Part shown: positions 11,490 through 22,700 of the stretch, in pieces | How the letters are laid out: every line of letters begins with the position of its first letter | Numbering within the stretch: position 1 is the first letter of the stretch | Assembly: GCA_951406725.2 (NCBI GenBank) | Contig: OX597814.1 | Location: 192,758,001 to 192,822,000, forward strand | Origin: Octopus vulgaris | Lineage: Eukaryota | Length of the DNA: 64,000 nt | Direction of reading: 5' to 3' | Made by a program: the position numbers and the translations under genes | The notes under the pieces: generated by a model | What the model saw: only the letters and a program-made list of their open reading frames with translations | Told to the model about the DNA's origin: nothing | Database searches by the model: none

Positions 11490-12300
11490 TATTTTTAATA
11501 ATACTTTTCTTTTATGTTAAATTATTAACTGGGATATTATTGTCTGAACTTTGGTTTTGCTGAACTGAGTTGGTTTCTGGTTTCGAATTGCTAAGGTTAC
11601 AGGTTGCACTCTAATACTTGTAATTTCAATTAGAGGTAAAAAGGGGATTAGGAATGAAGGGGTACCTGAAGGTAAGAGGGATGCAAGGGATGAATATCTG
11701 TTGTAAAAGCACCATCCGTTCGTGGCCGTTTACCAGCTCTGTCTGGCACCTGTGCGGGTGGCACGTAAAAAAAGGGCATCCAGCCGTAGAAACACTGCCA
11801 GATCAGACTGGAGCCTGGTGCAGCCTTCTGGCTTCACAGACCCCAGTTGAACTGTCCAACCCATGCTAGCATGGAAAACGGACGCTAAATGATGATGATG
11901 ATGAATCATAGGGGGGAATGAGAGGGAAAAAGATATAGCTAAATGACTAGTTGTTCTGAAAACATAAGGAATTAATCCTAGGAGGTTAAAGTTAATGATT
12001 ATTAAAAATAATGATGAAATAATTAGTGAAAAGCCTCCTAGATTGTTTCTAAAAGATCGAGTAATTTGAATGTTAATGATTTGTTTTGGGATTATTAAAG
12101 AGGAATTTTAAAAAATGAAGGGAAAATTCAAAATGAAGAATTAATGAGAAAAAGAGATCATAGGGATAGAATTCATGTTAGAGAATAAAGATATAAGGTT
12201 GTTGAATTATGATCATCAAATGAAGAAAAAATATCTACTATCATTTTATCAGTTATATTTTGTTTTGTTTTTTTTGTTATTTTTTGGTTTATTAAATTAT

Positions 12301-12719
12301 ATTAGAAATATTGAATTTCTAAATGTCTCAGAGAGACATGAGCGGTGGTGAAGCGATATAGTGGTTGTATACTGTCAACTCAATGTGACAGTCCCGTAAG
12401 GGAATTACACCTCCGCCATTTAGCCCTAGGAAACATCGACGTCTCCTGTCGGCTTTGACACATTTTCTGTGTCCTTATATTTGCAAAGGGGAGGCAATCA
12501 CCCCCGCCAGCTGGGACTAAGCACCTGAAGACATGCTTCTGAGTGTATTTCTCGTCGTCAGTTCAGGGTAGCCTGTCTCGTTCGCTGAAATGACTGCAAC
12601 CTCTTCACAAATATATGCATTTTCAGTAAAATTTATTTACTGATCACCGAAATTAGAAATATTGAATTTCTAAATGTCTTGGGACTGTCACATTGAGTTG
12701 ACAGTATACGACCACTATA
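12301..12719 (-). mobile_element. Penelope-like pseudo-LTR (about 352-bp partial tandem repeat with inverted end)
   Basis: ATTAGAAATATTGAATTTCTAAATGTCT recurs at 12301 and 12651; 12681-12719 is an inverted copy of 12356-12396; second locus at 28863-29325; contains a hammerhead motif. Confidence 0.6.
12524..12567 (-). ncRNA. Minimal type I hammerhead ribozyme motif
   Basis: Minus strand: CCUGAA-CUGACGA-cGAG(aaauaca)CUCa-GAAG-CAUG-UC-UUCAGG. Confidence 0.7.
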
Positions 12720-13299
12720 AATTATATTATTTCATCATATAATAGATGAATTAATAAGGATATTTCTTGCTCAGCTGTCATCAATTTATTTTGTTAGTTT
12801 ACAGATATTCTCTCTTTCGCTTTTACTTGTTTCAGTCATTTGACCGGCCATGCTGGAGCACCGCCTTTAGTCGAGCAAATCGACCCCAGGACTTATTCTT
12901 TGTATTAATGTTTTTTTCAATAGTTTCTCCCCATTAATAGCATAAACTCATTTTTATGCTATTAAAAATAAGTTTTTTGAAAATTTATGATTTTTATCAA
13001 CCCCTAAACCTTACCGGCCATGGGATATGCTTGAAACAACATTTGACTGCGGCCATGCTGGAGCACCGCCTTTAGTCGAGCAAATCGCCCCCAGGACTTA
13101 TTCTTTGTAAGCCTAGTGCTTATTCTATCGGTCTCTTTTGCCGAACCACCAAGTTACAGGGACGTAAACACACCATTGGTTGTCAAGCGATGTTGGGGGG
13201 ACAAACACAGACACACAAACATATACACACACATACATACATATCTATATCTATCTATCTTGTCATCAGGCAAAGAAAGAAGTTAGCAGAAAACTAATA

Positions 13300-14540
13300 A
13301 TGGAGAGATATAGAGCGATAGGTGAATTATAATAAAGCTTAAAGGCATGGAAGTAGATATATTTAGTGGAAGTGCAATGTAAGAAGACAGTCAAAGGTCG
13401 AATTTTATAGAATGGTAGAAATCACTTATAGGAATTAAAGGTATGTTTCTGCCAATGTTTGCAAAGGGATTCTTTGAGAATAGGATAAAAAACAATTCCC
13501 TATTACATAAAGAGCAAAAAGATTTACCTTTGTCATCACCGTGACCGACCAGGCTATCAGATGTTGCTGCACATCGCTGGTCACAATGCACTTCGCATTG
13601 TTTTAGCCTTCAAATGACACCACCCCGCTGGCTAAGCGAGCAGGCCAACAGAAGAAAGAGTGAGAAAAAGTTGTGGCGAAAGAGTACAGCAGGGGTTGCC
13701 ACGTGGAGCTTTAGGTGTTTTCGCTCAATAAACACAGCACTCTGTCTGGGAATCGAAACTGCGATCCTACGACCGCGAGTCCGCTGCCCTTAACCATTGG
13801 ATCATTGCGCCTCCACACCTTTGTCATGTGGTAAAGAAATAGAGAGAATATTCCATTCCAAATTAAATTGTTTATTATGATCTTTTAGATACCAGATTAA
13901 TTTAGTAAGTCCAATATTGTTATGTTTATTGATATGTCTAAATGTAGAGTAATGATTAGATATTCTTTTGGATAACTGAGATGAAGAACTACCTATATAA
14001 AAAAAAGACATCAGAACTGGAAATAATTTTACATTGATAAATAGTGTTTCTACTCTTAGAATTACTGCTAAGAGAAAGAAATGTGATTGGAGTTGACTTC
14101 AGAAACAATAACCCCGCTGTTAATAGTATTAAAAGAATGGCTAGTGTTAACAAAATTAATGATAATATTTTCATTAAGTGGTTTTGTATTTAACAACTTA
14201 TGCGAAGAGATGATTTGTGAAAGATTTTTTTGTGCTAGAAAATCCTATCCTAATCCTATTTCTTTACTACCCACAAGGGGCTAAACACAGAGAGGACAGA
14301 CAGATGGATTAAGTCGATTACATTGACCCCAGTGTGTAACTGGTCCTAATTTATCGACCCCGAAAGGATGAAAGGCAAAGTTGACCTTGGTGGAATTTGA
14401 ACTCAGAACGCAGCGGCGGACGAAATACCACAAAGCATTTCGCCCAGCGTGCTAACGGTTCTGCCAGCTCGCCGCCTAATCTGGTGTGAGTTAATAATTA
14501 AATAGTATCTTGAATTTTTTTCTATTGCTTCACAAAACTG
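13300..14540 (-). mobile_element. Penelope-like element relic (GIY-YIG endonuclease fragments)
   Basis: Peptides SRNTIYQCKI and FYIGSSSSQLSKRISNHYSTFRH...LTKLIWYLKD..FNLEWNIL; interrupted by SINEs. Confidence 0.7.
13537..13816 (-). mobile_element. SINE family A with TSD
   Basis: Reverse complement of 261-563; 11-bp TSD ACCTTTGTCAT (13526-13536, 13817-13827). Confidence 0.8.
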
Positions 14541-14851
14541 GTAAGGGAGGTTATTTATTTTTATTTTATTTTATCTAGTTTCAGCTCACGAGCTGTGGCC
14601 ATGCTGGGGCACCGCCATTTAAAAATCAGACCTATTTCTTTATTGCCCACAGGGGGCTAAACAGAGAGAACAGACAAGCGGATTAAGTCGATTATATCGA
14701 CCCCAGTGCATAACTGGTACTTAATTTATTGACCCCGAAAGGATTAAAGGCAAAGTCGACCTCAGCGGAATTTGAACTCAGAACGTAAAAACAGACGAAA
14801 TACGGCAACGCATTTCGCCCGGTGTGCTAACGTTTCTGCCAGCTCGCCGCT
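14255..14851 (-). mobile_element. Two SINE family C copies (Nin-domain-like)
   Basis: Reverse complements of 63461-63692; carry GTCGACTTTGCCTTTCATCCTTTCGGGGTCGATAAATTAAGTACCAG. Confidence 0.75.
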
Positions 14852-15149
14852 TGTATTTGATCTTTTTACCATATGGAATTATTAAGCAAACAGTTTTGCT
14901 AGGACATACCTTGTTATTATGGTAATTAGCTTTAAAGTCCTCAATGTACCTTTATAATGAAAAAAAAAGTCTTAACGGTTATCTCCCTTATGCTGCAGAA
15001 ATACATTACTTGATTTGATATTGTTAATCAAAATAAAATTGTTAATATACCTATAAACTTAGATATGTTTCGACCAGAGATTGGTCCAGGCCATGTCTAA
15101 CTTAATAGCACCACCTGATAGGATTATTCGAATCCTGTTTAAGTCAAGT

Positions 15150-15390
15150 TTTGTTCAAGTAGTGAGTTCTTGTTGGGTGAGTTGTATCCAGTTTTGTTCA
15201 AGTAGTGAGTTGTATCCAATTATGGGTGGCTTATCTGGTATTCTTTGAAGGAATCTATCCAGACTCTGTTTAAAGTTGATGGGATCCTTTTCCTCTTTGA
15301 TCTCCCTCGGGACAATGTTAAATAGGGCAGGGCCTGTTGAGGAAAAGAAATTATGTTGCAGTGTACATGTATGTTGTGATCTTGAATTTG
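15150..15390 (-). mobile_element. LINE (CR1 group) ORF2 C-terminal fragment
   Basis: FSSTGPALFNIVPREIK..FKQSLDRFLQRIPDKP. Confidence 0.6.
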
Positions 15391-16479
15391 GCAACGGATT
15401 AAGTCGATTATATTGACCCCAGTGCATAACTGGTACTTAATTTATTATTGAAAAGCCAACGGGTACCCTATATCCATTGTAAATCGGCTTAAGTACCCAA
15501 GTCAACCAACATGCTGAAAACACAGAAAACCCAGCAACACATGCTTCCTTAAAATACCCCATTTTAGCGAGAAGGTAACTACAGCCATAAGAAGAGAAGG
15601 ACTAGATATATAACTAGCCCACTCCGGCCCCTCTCTGAGAAGACACCTCACAAAGAAGCGAGTAAGGGACAGCAATTAATGCTAACTAGCAAACTGTCCT
15701 AATCTTGAGACAGATTTATGCCAACGGGTAAATATGTAAAAAATGCAACAAGTTCTAATTGGGTAGCACAAGACCGTTACACATTCGCATCAAAGAACAT
15801 TAGAGCACGAGAGCCTTCTCCTTCAGGAAACATCTAGACAGATGCCGGAACTCTCTTACTCTCTCTCTCTTTACTCTTTTACTTGTTTCAGTCATTTGAC
15901 TGTGGCCATGCTGCAGCACCACCTTTAGTCGAGCAAATCGACCCCAGGACTTATTCTTTGTAAGCTTAGTACTTATTCTATCAGTCTCTTCTGCCGAACC
16001 ACTGAGTTACGGTGACGTAAACACACCAGCATCGGTTGTCAAGCGATGTTGGGGGGGACAAACTCAGACACACAAACATACACACACACACACATATATG
16101 TACACATATACAGCAGGCATCTTTCAGTTTCCCTCTACCAAATTCACTCACAAAGCTTTGGTCGGCCCGAGGCTATAGTAGAAGACACTTGCCGAAGGTG
16201 CTATGCAGTGGGACTGAACCCAGAACTATGTGATTCGTAAACAAGCTACTTACTACACAGCCACTCCTACACCAACAAAAGCCAACAATTACAAATTAGG
16301 CCAATGAAAGAAATTGTGGGTGATCTAAGAATTAAGGAAGCTTTCCTCATACACAGACTAGAGCCCCAAATTAACAAGAGGCTGAAGGCTGGCAGTCAGT
16401 ATATTATTTAGGTACTTCTAGATGCGTGTAGGTTCATTTTTGATAACATGCTCACGTATTATATGAAAAAAGAAAAAAG

Positions 16480-16830
16480 AGTAGCCAACTGGCTTCCGTC
16501 CCAGTGGCACATAAAAGGGCACCATTCGAGCGTGATCGTTACCAACATCGCCCTACTGGCACCTGTGCTGGTGGCATTTGTAAAAAGATTCGAGCGAGGT
16601 CGTTGCCAGTACTGCCTGACTGGCCCCCGTGCCGGTGGCACATAAAAGGCACCCACTACACTCTCAGAGTGGTTGGCGTTAGGAAGGGCATCCAGCTGCA
16701 GAAACACTGCCAGATCAAGATTGGAGCCTGGTGCAGCCATCTGGTTCGCCAGTCCTCAGTCAAAATCGTCCAACCCATGCTAGCATGGAAAGCAGACGTT
16801 AAACGATGATGATGATGATGATGATGATGA
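16480..16830 (+). mobile_element. SINE family D (Meta-domain-like, (GAT)n tail)
   Basis: GAGTGGTTGGCGTTAGGAAGGGCATCCAGCTG...CCCATGCTAGCATGGAAA..GACGTTAAACGATGATGAT; internal GTGCCGGTGGCAC sub-repeats; other copies at about 11705, 17782, 29358, 52130, 62045, 62461, 63247. Confidence 0.7.
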
Positions 16831-17043
16831 AGGAGAAAAATAGGAAACTGCACGTATAATACATAACTTAGAAGCAGCTCTACGGATGTGCCAGTACACA
16901 CGAGCTTGAGACATGGCTGCCCTCATGCACTTCTCATGAGGAATTCTGGAAGGAGCTTCGTGAGACCCCTGCAGGGATGCTTCCGAAAAAAAAAAAGGAC
17001 CGTTGGAAAATCGATCATAGCAGTGACTCGATCAATTCCTAGG

Positions 17044-17085
17044 GATATCTGATGAAAGAATTTTTATATTCCGAAATATTATATC
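17044..17085 (+). ncRNA. Minimal hammerhead ribozyme motif (degenerate)
   Basis: GAUAU-CUGAUGA-aaGAAU(uuuuau)AUUCc-GAAA-UA-UU-AUAUC. Confidence 0.5.
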
Positions 17086-17272
17086 AGACTATGGATGATT
17101 AAATGACACCAGTTATCATAGTCCGTTGTTGTTATTATAGTGCATTGTTGTGACATTCAAGGCTCATTATTTTATACATATATATATGTGTGTGCATACA
17201 CGTATATATATATATATATGTATGTATGTATATGCCTTTTTTTATTCTCCCTCTGTTTATGTTCTTGTGTTC

Positions 17273-17308
17273 CTTTCTGTTGAAGAGCGTAGGCTCGAAA
17301 CGTAAAAG
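17273..17308 (+). ncRNA. Minimal hammerhead ribozyme motif, variant core
   Basis: CUUU-CUGUUGA-aGAGC(guag)GCUC-GAAA-CG-UA-AAAG. Confidence 0.55.
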
Positions 17309-17431
17309 ACTTTCTCACCTTCCCGAGCGTTAATCTAATACATCTGTTTGTTGTTTACGCATCCGTCTTCTTCTTTTGTTTTTTTTTTTGTAAATTCCAA
17401 CTACACACACACACACACACACACACACATA

Positions 17432-17482
<51 letters not shown>

Positions 17483-18475
17483 GTGTATCTACTCGCTGTA
17501 TAACCCGGCCTTGCCTGGGATTAAGTTACGGTTATTAAGCTAATCAAATCCTTCATTTCAAACCAAATTAAGTAATATCGACGTCAAATTTGGGCGAAAT
17601 CCGTTGAAATTGGTTATATTATATATATATTATCATGTGATCACGTGACCGACCAGACCATCAGATGTAGTTATACATCGCTGGTCACAATGCGTTCGCA
17701 TTGTTTTAGCCTTCGAATGACGCCATCCCGCTGGCTAAGTGAGCAGGCCGATATATATTATATATATGTATTATATATATTCATCATCATCGTTTAACGT
17801 CTGTTCTCCATGCTAGCATGGGTTGGACGGTTCGACCGGGAATCTGGGAAGCCAGAAGGCTGCACCAGGCTCCAGTCTGATCTGGCAGTGTTTCTACAGC
17901 TGGATGCCCTTTCTAACGCCGTTATATATTATATATAATATAATATAATATAATATAAATATATATGGGCAACAGACCCGAACACACATACACACACGTA
18001 CGTGTGTAAGTACACTTATTGCATGTTTTGTGCATGCATACATGTTCATAAACAGAATTGAATGGAAAAAATGTTATTAAATTTGTAGATTAACGCTCGC
18101 ATGATTTTCACTGAGAAAAAAAATCTTTTTTTTTTCTTGGAATCAACTACTCTGGCATCCTAATATGCTACAAAACCCTTTTTGTGGTCCATGAAACGGA
18201 GTGGGGTGTGGTGGAAGCCTCGGAAATTGTTACTCATCTCTCTGTTTCTTTGTTGTTAAATACATGGATTCTCAACAAAACACTTTTTTACCTGGCGTAA
18301 AATAAAAACAAAACTCTTTCGCACCCAAAGTAATGTGTGTGAGAGATAGAGGGGGAGAAAGATGAACGATTTAAAATAAATATATTGTAATTGTTGTGTG
18401 AGAAAGTATATATACTATGATTATAAAATATAGTGTCTTTCAAAAACATCTTGAATTTGAACACTAGTTAGTTAG

Positions 18476-18900
18476 TTAGTTAGTTAATTTTTGGCTCAAA
18501 AGCAAATAGCAAGGCCATGTAGGGGGACATGGAGTTAAGTACAGGGTGGTGTTCATGTAAAGAGTTCAGGCCACTTGAGGTCAAGAGAGACTTTGAACAA
18601 AGTGGTCGTCGGCATCTTCACCATCTCGTCTGGCAGCTTGTTCCACGGATCCGCAACCCGGACAGAGAAAGCTCCTCTCCTTCGATTGAGATGAAATCGT
18701 CGCAGGTAGAGCTTTTCGGAATGACCCCGCAGCCGACGCTCTGGAGCAGGAGTGAAGAACAGCTCTTTTGAGAGGTTACACCTTCCGTTTATGATGTTGT
18801 GAGCGAGAATGAGATCACCATGGCAGCGGCGTTTTTCTAGAGAATAAAGGTCGAGCGTCTTCAGCCTTTCTTCATAAGACAAATTTTTGAGACCATGAAC
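18476..18900 (-). mobile_element. CR1/L2-group LINE 3' end with (TAAC)n tail
   Basis: SYEERLKTLDLYSLEKRR..GDLI...RGHSEKL...FSVRVADPWNKLP; same family at 58027-58228(+). Confidence 0.85.
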
Positions 18901-19750
18901 TATATCTCGTGTTTAAGAAAAAAACAAAACATTTTGCATTTTATTTTTTATGAACGTCGTCACTTAAACTCTCTCACTTTGTCTTTCCCGTAAAACTCTC
19001 TGCCTCCTTCTTCCACTTTTCTTTATCTTATTTTTTTTTTGTTAGACGCTATCAAAAAGCTATGGTTGATTTTTATGAACGTTGTCCCTTACTCTCTCTC
19101 TCTCACTTTGTCTTTCCCTTGAAACTCTCTGCCCCTCTTCCACTTTTCTTTATCTTATTTTTTTTTTGTTAGATGCCATCAAAAAGCTATGGCTGAAAAT
19201 AGATTTTACCACTATCCGCGGGTGCCTCGAGGAAAAAAATAAGTTGACAAAACCCCGGTAGGGTGTTGACAAATGTCCTCCTAAAATTGGAGCGACATGC
19301 GTGCTAATTTGTGGACGTACATAAATTACAATCACGTACACACACACATCATGCCTTTTATAGATATGATATATACACACACACGTGTATATACACATTT
19401 TAGTAAAACTGCAAAATTATCCCAGACTGTTACACATTCTTTTTTATTTGTTTTCAGTGATGTGAATGTGGCCATGCTGGGGCTCCTCTTTATGTGTATA
19501 TATTCAAAAGTGGGTTCATATTTGTGTATAGCCTTATTTCTATACATACATAAATATGTGTGTATATATATAAACACATGTACATATACTGTATATAAAT
19601 ATATACACACACAAAGAGAGTGTGTTGATGAATGTTACAACACTGATTGTTAGTCTGTAGAATGCAATATATGTGATGCAGGTTTGATTCCCGAGTAAAC
19701 CATTTTACAATAATAATAATAAGATCGAAGTTTAATATTTCTTAAAATAT

Positions 19751-22700
19751 TTATTTGTCAAAATAAAAAAAAGCAAATGGTTGGCGTCCAGGAATAATTC
19801 CAAAAACCATCAAAGAATTTTCTGAAACATCAAAACCAAGAACTTCAAAGACTTCATTATCATAATTCCTGAGGATTAAATATTTAGGATTATCTTCAGA
19901 TATCAGGATTTCATTATCTTCAGATGTTTCCTCTTCAATATGTTGAGGTATTTCATAAATATTGTTATCTTTATCTGTTATATAAACACATTCACCAATT
20001 ATAGTTAAATGAGGTCTTGAAATATCATATTCCAGACCAAAACCTGTTCTTTCTTCTATTCTTATCCTCCTCACCAAAGACTTTTCCCTGAACCATTCCA
20101 CAAAACACAAATGATCCCAATCTCCAGACTCCTTCTTGATCTCCCTCCTCAAAACAACAACATCACCAAAAGATGTGACTCCCACATCATGCACTCCTTC
20201 ATCTGCCTCCAACCTTCCCAATCTCCTCACCTCCCCGTGACACACTTCATCTTTACATTTCCCATCCTTAATATCAACCACATCCACATAATAAGGGTCA
20301 AAGATGTCGGTGTCTTTGCAGTCCTTGTTTTCCCATCTTCTTCGGTATTTCTTGTATCTCTCTTCTTGAGTTATGTCTCTAATATAATGACCACCACACA
20401 CGAGTTGATTGTCGTTGTATTTATAAATCCTCTTGTAGTATTTCTCAGTTCTGATGGTTTTTAAATGACAGAGATCCCTGTTGAACACCCTCATTTCTCT
20501 CCCAAAGGTGACAATGAAACATTCATCTGTCCACCGACATATGTCCAGTGGTGGTTGTTGTTGTTGTTCATGTTGAAGTATGTCCACTGTTGTTGTTGTT
20601 GTTCTCATTAATGTGACACTTTCTCGAAATATCAACACACTCACATTCTCATCTAACTTAATTAGTTTACTACTCTGGTCCCTAATGTCCACATAATCAT
20701 AATTAACATGTTCCTCGAATGCAGGAATGGAAAAAGGGACCATTGCTGTCCTATATGGAAGTCTCCTCACTGATATTTCATCAATTCCTGAATTATTAAT
20801 CTCCGCTATGTAATTACCACATCTCACCTTTAATCTACTTTTACTAATTATTTCACCTGATTTACCTCTTCTTCTTCTTCCTCCATCTCCATCTCCATCT
20901 CCTCCACTGTATTTCAGTTTATTAATTAATTCATTACTGAATATTTCCTTGTTCGTCTCAGATGTAATGGAAGGGAAACGAAGACCAGAATCAAGATTTA
21001 ATAACGACACAGATTCCAGAATGTTCACTTGGTCCCCATCAATCTTTATGCAATGACATTCAATCAATTCAGTATGTACACACCAGTAAATACCCCCAAC
21101 TTTTCTCCATATTACACCATAAGGGATGAGACTTGGCCAAACTTTAGATGTCTGCAAATCTTCTCCATTCAGTTGAAATATTTCTTTTCTTTTAGGAACC
21201 GTGGCCATTATGTGTGATTCTTGTGTAAAACACACACCACCAACTAAACTTGCAACATTTCTGTGACATAGCAACTCTCCGTCTTCATCAAATATTTTAA
21301 CATTTCCATTATTGGCTTTTTCACACGCAACTGTCTTTCCTTTATCAGAGATATCAAAATCTTTTACTTGAACAGGACATTCGTCTGTTTGTAAACGAGC
21401 AACTGGGAAGCTTTCTCGATTCACCATAAACAACCCTTCAACATACAATCCTTTCTTTTTTCCCCTCCTAGAGCTTCCAACAAATCTTGGTCCTTTACAG
21501 TTTATACTGAAGAAATATACTTCACCTTTATAAATTCTTTCATTTAAAAATATTCTCTTGTATTCCCCATTCTGGGTCAAACACAAAATGTTTTGATAAT
21601 CAGGACAATCTAAATATTTCTCCCACTGACCATGAATGTACAAAAAACTGTCATCAATTGTCATCCGGTCATCACGAAGTAAGTGCTGCATGTAGTGTCT
21701 AACTGAATGTAAATATTGACCATCACTATTTAAGAAAGCGATGTATCTTTCATTTAAGACAATGATGACATCTTCAGCAGTAACATTAATATCCGTGATG
21801 GGAGCATAATTATTTCCATCTTCTCCTCTCCCTAATGATGGTTCAGGTATGTGTATTTGTTTTGTTTCCTTCACATTTGAATGTATTTCATCAATATCAA
21901 CAAAATACAAAAGACTTCTATTTTCGCTTTTACTACAAACTAGTTGATTGTTTGATAAAGAAGCCACACATCTATATTCATCTCTTGTCTGGTAAATTAC
22001 CAACAACAATGGAAATTCCACTTTTAATGTCAACAGTTGGGATCTATTACCAAAATAATCCCAATTTGTAATAATCAGTGTGTTTGAGTGCCATCGACAT
22101 ATTTTAATAAATCTATAAGCATTCCATTTGATTGAATCCACAAGTTGACCATCCAATGTGAATATCTTAATGTTTCCATTCTTCTCGTCCCATCCTGCAA
22201 TCAGGTTATTTTCTGTAATAACCAAATATTTAATCCATACTGGTAATTTGTCTTCCAAATTTTGAGGGAGAGGAATATGTCTGGCTTTATCAGAAACTGT
22301 CAGGTCTTGTAGATATAAAGTAGAAGACAACATTTCACTGACAGAAATGTTTCTGGAAAATACATCTACCAGATCGATATGATAATTAAGTTGATTATTT
22401 ATAAATAGATCATTAACCAACAAATTATGATCATTTATAGCAAACATACGGCTGTTGTCTATCAGATAAACAAATGTTTGGTCAATAGATCCACTGTAGA
22501 GATTTAGGGGATGTTTCACTTGGGACATTAAAACACTGGGGACCATCTTAATACTATAAAGATGATGACTTACATCACCACCATCAAAAATGAAGAAAGC
22601 TTCTGTTTCGTACTCTGAGTCACCGGATACCATCTCAATACTACTAATACTACCATCACTACTACTAATACTACTATCACTGCCACCACTTAGTATTGTA

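Larger units (their letters stand above)
15450..17160 (+). mobile_element. Second, heavily decayed Penelope-like relic with nested SINEs
   Basis: Fragments LHIRIKEH (about 15778), FRKHLD and DLRIKEAFLIHRLEPQINK (about 16322-16378) typical of the GIY-YIG C-terminus; downstream hammerhead motif at 17044. Confidence 0.55.
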
